A stretch of DNA of 64,000 nucleotides, from assembly GCA_035533595.1 (NCBI GenBank), contig DATLTN010000061.1, positions 27,116 through 91,115 on the forward strand, in the 5' to 3' direction. Under the pieces are notes generated by a model, which saw only the letters and a program-made list of their open reading frames with translations, had not been told where the DNA came from and did no database searches. Made by a program: the position numbers and the translations under genes. The DNA comes from Acidimicrobiales bacterium. Lineage in GTDB: Bacteria; Actinomycetota; Acidimicrobiia; Acidimicrobiales; Bog-793. Shown here piece by piece: positions 19,056 through 27,458 of the stretch (position 1 is the stretch's first letter; each line of letters opens with the position of its first letter).

Positions 19056-19075
19056 CGGCCGCGCCCCCGCCGCCG

Positions 19076-19849
19076 TCACGTCGTGGTCGTCGACTTCGAC
19101 TTCGCGGAGGTCGTGGTCGTCGCCTTCGGCGCGGTGGTCGACGTCGAGGAGGTGCTGGTCGAGGAGGTGCTCGTCGAGGGCGACGCCGAGCTGCCGCCGC
19201 CGAGGAAGGTGACGAGCGCGGCGCGCACCGCGGAGGAGGGCTTGGGGATGCTCGCGCCGCTCGGCACGAAGGCGACGGTGATCATCTCGCCGTTGGTGAG
19301 GTGGAGCGCGCCCGGGTTGCCCGACAGCAGGTGGCCGGTGGCCGTCGGCGAGGGCCACACCTTGGTCTGCAGCTGGCCGACGGTCTTCCCGCACTTCGCG
19401 CCGTTCGCGTAGAGGGTCTGGCCCTTGCCGGGCATCTTCACCGAGGTGGCGGTGAGGGTGAGGCCTGGGTAGTTCTTCACGAACAGCCCGAGCGTGGCCT
19501 TCTTGCCCTCGAAGTTCGCGGGGGTGGTCGCGGCCGCGGGGTCGATGTCGATCAGCCCGTCGCCGAAGGTGCGCAGCCCGGTCGCGAGGGTGGGGTTCGC
19601 CGCGAGGGGCGGCTGCAGCTTCCCACAGAGGTCGACGGCGAGCGCGGCCTTCCAGTGGTCCGCGGCCTGCGGCCCCTCGGTGACGGGGTGCAGGCGCTCG
19701 TGGCGGCTGTAGACGATGAGGCCGATCCCGACCACGCAGATGAGGGCCAGCACCCCGTACCAGGCGTAGGGGCGGCGGGCCCGGTAGGCCTTGCCGCCAC
19801 CCGCCGCGGCGGCGCGCGCGACCGAACGGCTGAAGCTTCCCCGTGTCAT
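19076..19849 (-). CDS. single-pass membrane protein with a Ser/Thr-rich C-terminal tail
   Basis: TM helix WYGVLALICVVGIGLIVY, an ectodomain with two Cys, and a tail SSASPSTSTSSTSTSSTSTTAPKATTTTSAKSKSTTTT. Coding-like codon usage. Confidence 0.6.
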   Translation of the reverse strand: MTRGSFSRSVARAAAAGGGKAYRARRPYAWYGVLALICVVGIGLIVYSRHERLHPVTEGPQAADHWKAALAVDLCGKLQPPLAANPTLATGLRTFGDGLIDIDPAAATTPANFEGKKATLGLFVKNYPGLTLTATSVKMPGKGQTLYANGAKCGKTVGQLQTKVWPSPTATGHLLSGNPGALHLTNGEMITVAFVPSGASIPKPSSAVRAALVTFLGGGSSASPSTSTSSTSTSSTSTTAPKATTTTSAKSKSTTTT

Positions 19850-19860
19850 TGCCGCGGAGC

Positions 19861-20742
19861 TTAGCCCTGCCTCTCCGGCCGCTCCGTCCGCCCGCGGGCC
19901 AGCTCACGCACCCCGGTGACCCCGAGTCGCGCCAGCAACGCGAGGCCGATCACGGGCAGCAGGGCCCGCTCGAGGCCGCGGGCGTGGCGGCACTCGAAGC
20001 GCCACGTGGAGCGGTGGTGGGCGGCGAGCATGCGCAGCGGATGGCGGGCCGCCGACTGGCCCTGCTCGTGCACGATCACCGCCTCGGGGGCGTAGCGGAC
20101 CTTCCAGCCGGCGCGCCCGAGGCGCCAGCAGAGGTCGAGGTCCTCGACGTACATGAAGTAGCGCTCGTCGAAGCCGCCGACGCTCTCGAAGGCGACGCGC
20201 CGCAGCAGGAGGAAGGCGCCCGAGACCCAGTCGACCTCGCGCCCACTGCCGGGGTCCGCCTCCGCGAGGCGGTAGGAGCGCGTCCAGGGGTTGTCGGGGA
20301 AGAAGGGGGCGAGGAGCGCGTGCCCCGCGCCGGTGACGAGGCTCGGGATGGCGCGCGCCGAGGGGTAGACGGCGCCGTGCACGTCGAGGATCTTCGGGCC
20401 GACCGCCGCGACCTCCGGGCGCTGCTCGAGCTCGGCCACGAGCACCTTCACCGCGTCGGCGTGAGCGACGAGGTCGGGGTTGCAGACGAGCAGGTAGGGG
20501 GCCTCGGTGCGGGCCGCGCCGCGGTTCGCGGCGCGCCCGTAGCCGAGGTTCTCGCCCGTCGGCACGAGGCGCGCCGCCGGGTCGGCGGCGACGAGGCGCG
20601 CCGGCGAGCCGTCCGAGGAGGCGTTGTCGACCACCACGACTTGCTCGACGCCGGCGGCGCGCAGGCTCTCGACACAGCCGAGGAGGGAGTCCCCCCCGTC
20701 CCGGTTGACGACCACCGCGGCGACGGCCGCCCCCTCAGCCAC
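19861..20742 (-). CDS. wbbL: GT2 glycosyltransferase, WbbL-like rhamnosyltransferase
   Basis: VVDNASSDGS, NLGYGRAANRG, FMYVEDLDLCWR. Directly downstream of rmlB-rmlD, with an 8-nt overlap with the rmlD stop. Confidence 0.75.
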   Translation of the reverse strand: MAEGAAVAAVVVNRDGGDSLLGCVESLRAAGVEQVVVVDNASSDGSPARLVAADPAARLVPTGENLGYGRAANRGAARTEAPYLLVCNPDLVAHADAVKVLVAELEQRPEVAAVGPKILDVHGAVYPSARAIPSLVTGAGHALLAPFFPDNPWTRSYRLAEADPGSGREVDWVSGAFLLLRRVAFESVGGFDERYFMYVEDLDLCWRLGRAGWKVRYAPEAVIVHEQGQSAARHPLRMLAAHHRSTWRFECRHARGLERALLPVIGLALLARLGVTGVRELARGRTERPERQG

Positions 20743-21625
20743 GGGAGGCTCCGAGGAGGGCGACGAGGCGCTCCGTCGACTCCTCCCAGGGGGGAAGGAG
20801 GGCGAGGCCGGAGGCGACGAGGGCCGCGTTCTCGAGGACCGAGTTGGCCGGTCGCGGCGCGGGGCGGGGCGGGTCGAGCTCGGCGGTGGTGATCGGCTCG
20901 ACGCGGCCCTCGGGGTAGCCGGCGAAGCGGGCGACGGCGCGCACGAAGCCGTACCAGCTCGTCGCGCCGCTGTTGGTGACGTGGAAGAGGCCGGGGCGGC
21001 GCGCCAGCGCGAGGTCGCAGAGCGCGACGGCGAGGTCCGAGGCGATCGTCGGGCTGCCGCGCTGGTCGTCCACGAAGCGCAGCGGGGCGACGCCCGCGCC
21101 GAGGAGCCGGAGCGCGGTCTTCACGATGTTCGCCCCGCGGCTGCCGCAGACCCAGGAGGTGCGGACGATCGTCGCCTCCGCGCCGAGCTCGCGCTCGCCT
21201 CCGAGCTTGGAGGCGCCGTACACCGAGCGCGGGTTCGGCAGGTCCCACTCGCAGTAGGCGGTCGCCTTCTCGCCGTCGAAGACGTAGTCGGTCGAGACGT
21301 AGGTGAGGTGCGCACCGGCGAGGCGGCAGCCCTCGGCCACGTGGCGGGTGCCGAGCGCGTTCACCGCGAAGGCACGCCCCGGCTCGCGCTCGCACTCGTC
21401 GACCGCGGTGAAGGCGGCGGAGTGGATGACGACGTCGGGCGCGAAGGTGTCGAGGACGCCGAGCACCGCGTCGCGGTCGGTGACGTCGAGGTGCGCGTGG
21501 TCGGCGGCGAGCACGTCCAGCCCGCCGCCGCGCCGCGCCGCGCCCGAGCGCCGCGCCAGCTCCTCGACGACCTCGGCGCCGAGCTGTCCGGAGGCGCCGG
21601 TGACCAGGACGCGGACCGCGCTCAG
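20735..21625 (-). CDS. rmlD: dTDP-4-dehydrorhamnose reductase
   Basis: VLVTGASGQLG and YGASKLGGE. No ATG, GTG or TTG lies near the Rossmann motif. I place the start at CTG 21625, which forms a CTGA overlap with the rmlB stop and sits 4 nt after a GGGGG run. The alternative is GTG 21688, which would overlap rmlB by 67 nt. Confidence 0.8.
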   Translation of the reverse strand: MSAVRVLVTGASGQLGAEVVEELARRSGAARRGGGLDVLAADHAHLDVTDRDAVLGVLDTFAPDVVIHSAAFTAVDECEREPGRAFAVNALGTRHVAEGCRLAGAHLTYVSTDYVFDGEKATAYCEWDLPNPRSVYGASKLGGERELGAEATIVRTSWVCGSRGANIVKTALRLLGAGVAPLRFVDDQRGSPTIASDLAVALCDLALARRPGLFHVTNSGATSWYGFVRAVARFAGYPEGRVEPITTAELDPPRPAPRPANSVLENAALVASGLALLPPWEESTERLVALLGASRG

Positions 21626-22641
21626 CTCGCCCCCGAGCCCTGCCAGCTGCCCTCGGCGACCGGCGAGCGGCCGATGAGCGGTCGCCACCAGGTCTCGTTG
21701 GCCGCGTACCAGGCGACGGTCTCGGCGAGCCCCTGCTCGAAGGTGACCGTCGGCGCCCAGCCGAGCTCGCGGCGGATCTTGCTCGAGTCGAGGAGGTAGC
21801 GGCGATCGTGGCCGGGGCGGTCGGGGACGATCGTCTTCAGCGAGGCGTCGCGGCCGGTCGCCGCGAGCACGCCGTCGGCGATCTCCATGATGCTCGCCTC
21901 CTCGCCGGAGCCGACGTGGTAGGTCTCGCCGGCCGCGCCGTCGAGGAGCACGAGCTCGACGGCGCGGCAGTGGTCGCGCACGTGCAGCCACTCGCGGCGG
22001 TTCTCCGTCGAGGCGTAGAGGGTGAGCGGCGAGTCCGAGAGCGCGAGCGCGCTGAAGAGCGGGATCACCTTCTCGGGGAACTGGTACGGGCCGTAGTTGT
22101 TGCAGCAGTTGGTGATCGTCGCCTCGAGGCCGAAGGTCTCCCCGTAGGAGCGCACGACGTGGTCCGAGCCGGCCTTGGAGGCGTTGTAGGGGGTGCGCGG
22201 CCGGTAGGGGGACTCCTCGTTGAAGGACTCGTCGCTGTCGAGGGCGAGGTCCCCGTAGACCTCACAGGTCGAGATGTGGTGGAAGCGCTCGACGCCGACC
22301 TTGCGCGCCGCGTCGCAGAGCGCCTGGGTGCCGAGGACGTTGGTGCGGAAAAAGCGCGCCGGGTCGAGGATCGCGAGGCTGTTGTGGGACTCGGCGGCGA
22401 AGTTCACCACCGTCGTGATCGCCTCGGACTCGAGGAGGTGCTCGACGAGCTCCTGGTTGGCGATGTCGCCGCGCACGAAGCTCACCGCTCCCTTGCCCTC
22501 GACGCCCTCCAGGTTCGCCCTGTTGCCGGCGTAGGTGAGGGCGTCGAGCACGACGACGCGGTCGTCGGGGTGCTCGCTCGCCCAGTAGCGGACGAAGTTC
22601 GACCCGATGAAGCCGGCACCGCCGGTGACGAGGAGACGCAT
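21622..22641 (-). CDS. rmlB: dTDP-glucose 4,6-dehydratase
   Basis: Last 339 aa of ORF 21622..22785. MRLLVTGGAGFIGSNF, YNASKAGSDH, NNYGPYQFPEKVIP. Confidence 0.93.
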   Translation of the reverse strand: MRLLVTGGAGFIGSNFVRYWASEHPDDRVVVLDALTYAGNRANLEGVEGKGAVSFVRGDIANQELVEHLLESEAITTVVNFAAESHNSLAILDPARFFRTNVLGTQALCDAARKVGVERFHHISTCEVYGDLALDSDESFNEESPYRPRTPYNASKAGSDHVVRSYGETFGLEATITNCCNNYGPYQFPEKVIPLFSALALSDSPLTLYASTENRREWLHVRDHCRAVELVLLDGAAGETYHVGSGEEASIMEIADGVLAATGRDASLKTIVPDRPGHDRRYLLDSSKIRRELGWAPTVTFEQGLAETVAWYAANETWWRPLIGRSPVAEGSWQGSGAS

Positions 22642-22664
22642 GGGTGAGAGGCTACTTGCGCGCC

Positions 22665-23402
22665 TCAGCCCTCCACGGCGGCGCGCAGGTGGACGACGTC
22701 GGCGGCGTCGAGGCTCCGCAGGGCGTCGCCGCGGCGCACGAGGAGCCGCCCCCGGCCGTCCACGCCCTCGGCGAGGCCCTCCCACTCCCCCGCGGCCTCG
22801 CTCACCCGCACCCGCTGGCCGATCGTCGCACAGCGTGTCCGGTAGTCCGCGAGGAGCCCGCCGGCGCCGTCGGCGACGAGCGCCCCGTAGCGCTCGCCGA
22901 ACTCGTCGAGCAGCGCAGCGAGCAGCTCGTCGCGCCCGAGCGGCGCCCCGCTCGCGGCGAGCGTCGTCGCCTGCGCGAGGAGCCCCGCCGCCTCATGCCG
23001 CGGGTCGAAGGCCGCGGGCCAGGCGAGGTTCACCCCGATCCCGACGACCACCGCGGGGCGCGCCGGCCCGTCGCCGGGGACGACCTCGGCGAGGATGCCG
23101 GCGACCTTCTTCTCCCCGACGAGGAGGTCGTTCGGCCATTTCACGGCGAGCGCCGCGCCCCCGAGGTGGGCGACCGCGGCCTGCCCGGCGAGCGCCGCCG
23201 CGAGGCCGAGGAGCGCGAGCTCCTCCACCGGGAGCTCGGGGCGGAGCAGCAGCGAGCAGAGCAGGGCCGAGCCCGGCGGCGCCACCCAGCTGCGGCCGAG
23301 GCGGCCGCGCCCCTCCTCCTGGCGGTCGGCGACGACGACGAGGCCCTCCGCCGCGCCGGCGCGCGCCGCCTCGGCGGCGTAGCGGTTCGTCGAGTCGACC
23401 AC
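22665..23402 (-). CDS. birA: biotin--[acetyl-CoA-carboxylase] ligase (group I, no HTH)
   Basis: GRGRLGRSW and KWPNDL motifs. The N-terminus is unusually short (see findings). Confidence 0.85.
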   Translation of the reverse strand: MVDSTNRYAAEAARAGAAEGLVVVADRQEEGRGRLGRSWVAPPGSALLCSLLLRPELPVEELALLGLAAALAGQAAVAHLGGAALAVKWPNDLLVGEKKVAGILAEVVPGDGPARPAVVVGIGVNLAWPAAFDPRHEAAGLLAQATTLAASGAPLGRDELLAALLDEFGERYGALVADGAGGLLADYRTRCATIGQRVRVSEAAGEWEGLAEGVDGRGRLLVRRGDALRSLDAADVVHLRAAVEG

Positions 23403-23514
23403 GGTGAGGTGGATGAGCTCCCAGGGACGTGCCGTCGTTCAGTAGCCTCCTCGGGCGGCGGGGTGCTCCCGCGACGGCCACCGGCTCGACGCAGGGTAGG
23501 CCGAGGAAGAGGAG

Positions 23515-25245
23515 ATGTTCGACCGAGTCCTCATCGCGAACCGCGGGGAGATCGCGCTGCGCGTCACCCGCAGCTGTCGCGAGCTCGGCGTGCGCGCCAT
23601 CGCCTGCTACACCGACGCCGACTTCGACGCGCTGCACGTGCGGCGCGCCGACGAGGCCTACCGGATCGACTCCGAGCGCGCGACGGCGGGCTACCTCGAC
23701 ATCGAGGCGATCGTCGCGCTCGGCGTGCGGGTCGGCGCCGAGGCGGTCCACCCCGGCTACGGCTTCCTCGCCGAGAACGCCGCGTTCGCGCGCGCCGTAC
23801 ACGAGGCGGGGATGGCCTTCATCGGCCCGAAGCCCGAGACGATCGAGCTGATGGGCTCGAAGGTCGCGGCCCGCGAGGCCGCCGAGCGCGCCGGCGTGCG
23901 CAGCGTCCCGGGCACGACGGCGGCGGTCGAGACGCTCGACGAGGTCGTGGCCTTCGGCGAGGAGTTCGGCTGGCCGGTGGCGATCAAGGCCTCCTACGGC
24001 GGCGGCGGGCGCGGCATGAAGGTCGTCGAGGGGCCCGGCGGGGCCGAGGAGGCCCTCGCCTCCGCGCGCCGGGAGGCGATGGGGGCCTTCGGGCGCGACG
24101 AGGTCTACCTGGAGCGCTACCTGAGCACCCCGCGCCACATCGAGATGCAGATCTTCGGCGACCGCCTCGGCAACCTGATCTGGCTGGGCGAGCGGGACTG
24201 CACCGCCCAGCGGCGCCACCAGAAGCTCGTCGAGGAGAGCCCCGCCGCGCACTTCGACGAGGCGACGCGCGCCGCGATGGGCGGGGCGGCGGTGCGCCTC
24301 GGCGCGGCGTGCCGCTACGAGGGCGCGGGCACCGTCGAGTTCCTCTTCGACTCGGGCGAGTTCTACTTCCTCGAGATGAACACCCGGCTGCAGGTGGAGC
24401 ACCCCGTCACCGAGCTCGTCACCGGCATCGACCTCGTCGCCCTGCAGCTGCGGGTCGCCGCCGGCGAGCCCCTCGGCCTCGCGCAGGGCGACGTCTCGCC
24501 GCGGGGCCACGCCATCGAGTGCCGCCTGAACGCCGAGGACCCCTCGCGGGGCGAGTTCCTGCCGACGCCGGGGCGGATCTCGGCCTTCAGCCGCCCCGAC
24601 GGTTTCGGCGTCCGCCTGGACGCCGGCTACGAGGCCGGCGACACCGTGAGCCCCCACTACGACAACCTCATCGGCAAGCTCACGGTCTGGGGCACCGACC
24701 GCGAGGACGCCCGCCGGCGGATGCTGCGCTGCCTCGACGAGACCCTCATCACCGGGGTCCCGACGACGGTGCCCGCGGCGCGCGCCATCCTCTCGGCCCC
24801 GGCCTTCATCGAGGGGACCCACTCGACGCGCCTCGTCGAGCACGAGATCGACTGGTCCAACGTCGTCCACCCCGACGCCGAGGGCAGCCGCGACGAGGAC
24901 GGGCGCGTGCTGCGCAGCGTCGACGCGGAGGTCGACGGACGCCGCCACCGTGTCCGCCTCTACGTCCCCGAAGGTCCCGCCGGCCAGAAGGCGGCGCGGC
25001 GGGCGCCGCGCAGCGTCGGCACCGTCGAGGGCGACGGCACGGTCGCCGCGCCGATGCAGGGCACGATCGTGAAAGTCCTCGTGGCCGAGGGGGATAGCGT
25101 GCAGGCGGGCGACACGATCTGCGTCCTCGAGGCGATGAAGATGGAGAACCCCATCCGCACCAGCGCGTCCGGCATCGTCACCTCGTTGCGCGTCGAGCTC
25201 GGATCGACCCTCGGCCCGGGCGACGTGATCGCCCTCGTGCAGTGA
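23515..25245 (+). CDS. acetyl/propionyl-CoA carboxylase alpha subunit (biotin carboxylase plus BCCP domain)
   Basis: [14 protein letters not shown], an ATP-grasp region, and a C-terminal biotinyl motif EAMKMEN. Divergent from birA. GAGGAAGAGGAG SD. Confidence 0.92.
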   Translation: MFDRVLIANRGEIALRVTRSCRELGVRAIACYTDADFDALHVRRADEAYRIDSERATAGYLDIEAIVALGVRVGAEAVHPGYGFLAENAAFARAVHEAGMAFIGPKPETIELMGSKVAAREAAERAGVRSVPGTTAAVETLDEVVAFGEEFGWPVAIKASYGGGGRGMKVVEGPGGAEEALASARREAMGAFGRDEVYLERYLSTPRHIEMQIFGDRLGNLIWLGERDCTAQRRHQKLVEESPAAHFDEATRAAMGGAAVRLGAACRYEGAGTVEFLFDSGEFYFLEMNTRLQVEHPVTELVTGIDLVALQLRVAAGEPLGLAQGDVSPRGHAIECRLNAEDPSRGEFLPTPGRISAFSRPDGFGVRLDAGYEAGDTVSPHYDNLIGKLTVWGTDREDARRRMLRCLDETLITGVPTTVPAARAILSAPAFIEGTHSTRLVEHEIDWSNVVHPDAEGSRDEDGRVLRSVDAEVDGRRHRVRLYVPEGPAGQKAARRAPRSVGTVEGDGTVAAPMQGTIVKVLVAEGDSVQAGDTICVLEAMKMENPIRTSASGIVTSLRVELGSTLGPGDVIALVQ

Positions 25246-26405
25246 GCGGGGCCAGGCAGGCCGCCGAAGCCGCGCTGCACGCCGCGGCGGAGGAGATCGT
25301 CGCCCTCTCGCACGAGATCCACGGCCACCCCGAGCTCGCCTTCGAGGAGGAGCTGGCTGCGGGCTGGTGCTCGGGCGCGCTCTCCGACGCCGGCTTCACC
25401 GTCGAGCAGGGGATCTGCGGCCTCGAGACCGCCTTCTCGGCCTCGATCGGCTCCGGCCCGCTGCAGATCGGCATCTGCTGTGAGTACGACGCCCTCCCCG
25501 ACATCGGCCACGCCTGCGGCCACAACGTGATCGCCGCCGCGGCGGTCGGCGCCGGGCGGGCGCTCGCCGGGGTGGCCGACGACCTCGGCCTCACCGTCCG
25601 CGTCCTCGGCACGCCCGCCGAGGAGGGTGGGGGCGGGAAGATCCTGATGCTCGAGCGCGGCGGCTTCGACGGCCTCCACGCCTCGATGATGGTCCACCCC
25701 TGGCCGGGCGAGCTGATCCAGATGCCCTGCCTCGCCGTCGCCCACTTCGACGTCCTGGTCACCGGGGCCGAGGCGCACGCCTCGGCCTACCCCGAGCTCG
25801 GCCGCAACGCCGCGGACGCCCTCACCGTGGCGCAGGTGGCGGTCGGCCTCCTCCGCCAGCACGCCTACCCCGGCGACCAGGTGCACGGCATCGTCACCTA
25901 CGGCGGGGCGGCTCCGAACATCGTCCCCAACCGCGCCGAGGCGAAGTTCTACGTCCGCTCGGCGAACCTCGCCCGCCTCGCCGAGTGGCAGCCGCGCATC
26001 CTCGACTGCTTCAAGGCGGGCGCGATCGCTACCGGGACCGAGGTGGAGATCACCGAGCAGTCCCCCGCCTACTCGGAGTTCGTGCTCGACGAGGTGATGG
26101 CGGGGCTGTACCGCGCGAACGCCGAGGCGCTCGGACGGGTCTTCCCGCCGCCGCCCTCGCGGGCGGTCACCGCCTCGACCGACATGGCGAACGTCTCGCT
26201 GGTGATGCCGGCGATCCACCCCACCCTCGGCCTCGACTCGCTGCCGGCGGTCAACCACCAGGCGACCTTCGCCGCGCACTGCGCGACGCCGGTCGCCGAC
26301 AAGGCGGCCCTCGACGGCGCGCTCGCGATGGCCTGGACGGCGATCGACCTCGCCTCCGACGAGGGTGAGCGCAGCCGCCTCGGCGAGCGCGCCTACCAGC
26401 ACTGA
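25242..26405 (+). CDS. M20 family amidohydrolase/peptidase
   Basis: [14 protein letters not shown] and [11 protein letters not shown] motifs. GTGA overlap with the upstream stop. Confidence 0.85.
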   Translation: MSGARQAAEAALHAAAEEIVALSHEIHGHPELAFEEELAAGWCSGALSDAGFTVEQGICGLETAFSASIGSGPLQIGICCEYDALPDIGHACGHNVIAAAAVGAGRALAGVADDLGLTVRVLGTPAEEGGGGKILMLERGGFDGLHASMMVHPWPGELIQMPCLAVAHFDVLVTGAEAHASAYPELGRNAADALTVAQVAVGLLRQHAYPGDQVHGIVTYGGAAPNIVPNRAEAKFYVRSANLARLAEWQPRILDCFKAGAIATGTEVEITEQSPAYSEFVLDEVMAGLYRANAEALGRVFPPPPSRAVTASTDMANVSLVMPAIHPTLGLDSLPAVNHQATFAAHCATPVADKAALDGALAMAWTAIDLASDEGERSRLGERAYQH

Positions 26406-26458
26406 GCGCGGCGGCCGCTCCCGCTCCTCGGCGGGCGGGCGGCGCTCGCGGGTGGTCC

Positions 26459-26926
26459 CTAGCCCCGCGCCTTTCCCATGACGACCAGCTGGATGCCGGC
26501 GGAGTCGACCATCCGTGAGAGCTCGCGGTAGCCGCGGCGCTCGTACATCGAGCGGTTGGCCTCGCTCTTTGCTCCCGCGGCGAGTCGAAACTCCTGCACG
26601 CTCGGCGGAGCGGCCGCCTCGATGGCACGGAGCAGGCCGGAGGCGATCCCCTGACCCTGCTGGTCAGGGGCGACCGCCACCCGGCTGATCCAGCCGACCG
26701 GGCCGTCGACGGTGAGGCGGAGCGCGCCGACGAGCCGTGAGCCCCGGAAGGCGCCGAGTGAGTAGGTCGCCTCGATCTCCGCGCGCAGCTCGTCGAACGA
26801 CTCGAGCAGCGGAGGGATGTCCGTCGTCCGGTACAGCTGCGCCTCGGCGAGAAACGCGGCGCGCTGGAGCGTCAGCACCTCCCCCGCGTCCTCGGGGACG
26901 AGCTTCTGGTGGGAGACCTCGCTCAC
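26459..26926 (-). CDS. GNAT family N-acetyltransferase
   Basis: Last 155 aa of ORF 26459..27385, GTG start. QGQGIASGLL acetyl-CoA loop. Confidence 0.8.
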   Translation of the reverse strand: MSEVSHQKLVPEDAGEVLTLQRAAFLAEAQLYRTTDIPPLLESFDELRAEIEATYSLGAFRGSRLVGALRLTVDGPVGWISRVAVAPDQQGQGIASGLLRAIEAAAPPSVQEFRLAAGAKSEANRSMYERRGYRELSRMVDSAGIQLVVMGKARG

Positions 26927-27025
26927 CGGCCCATCGTCGCAGCCGCGCGGCCGCGACGACACCTCCCCGCCCCGGCACCCGCGTGCCGGGGCGGGGAGGC
27001 GCAGCGGAGGTGGAAAGCTCGCGCC

Positions 27026-27379
27026 GTGGTGACCGTCGAGGAGGTGCGGCGCATCGCCTGCGAGCTGCCGCGCTCGTACGAGGCCGTGGTGCGCGACCGC
27101 GTGAAGTTCCGCGTCGGCCGCCTCGTCTACCTCGCCTTCTCGCGCGACGAGAGCGTGATGGGCTTCGCCTTCCCGCGAGGAGAGCGCGAGCTGCTCGTCG
27201 CGTCGCAACCGCACAAGTTCCTGATGCCCGGAAAGTCGGACCTCCGTTACCAATGGGTCGAGGTGCGCCTCGACGCCATCGACCTCGCGGAGCTGCGCGC
27301 CCTCGTGCTGGAGGCGTGGAGCATGGTCGTGCCGAAGAGCGTCGCGGCCAGCTACACCGGGTCGATCTCGACCGCCTGA
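27026..27379 (+). CDS. MmcQ/YjbR-family protein
   Basis: Start reset to GTG 27026 (VVTVEEVRRIACELP...). KFRVGRLVYLAF ... YQWVEVRLD pattern, as I remember the family. Confidence 0.6.
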   Translation: MVTVEEVRRIACELPRSYEAVVRDRVKFRVGRLVYLAFSRDESVMGFAFPRGERELLVASQPHKFLMPGKSDLRYQWVEVRLDAIDLAELRALVLEAWSMVVPKSVAASYTGSISTA

Positions 27380-27458
27380 CTCCACTCGACGTAGCTCGAG
27401 CCCCCGCCTGCGGCTGGGTCATCGCGCGGGCCTGCGCGCCCCCGGAGGGGAGCTCACC

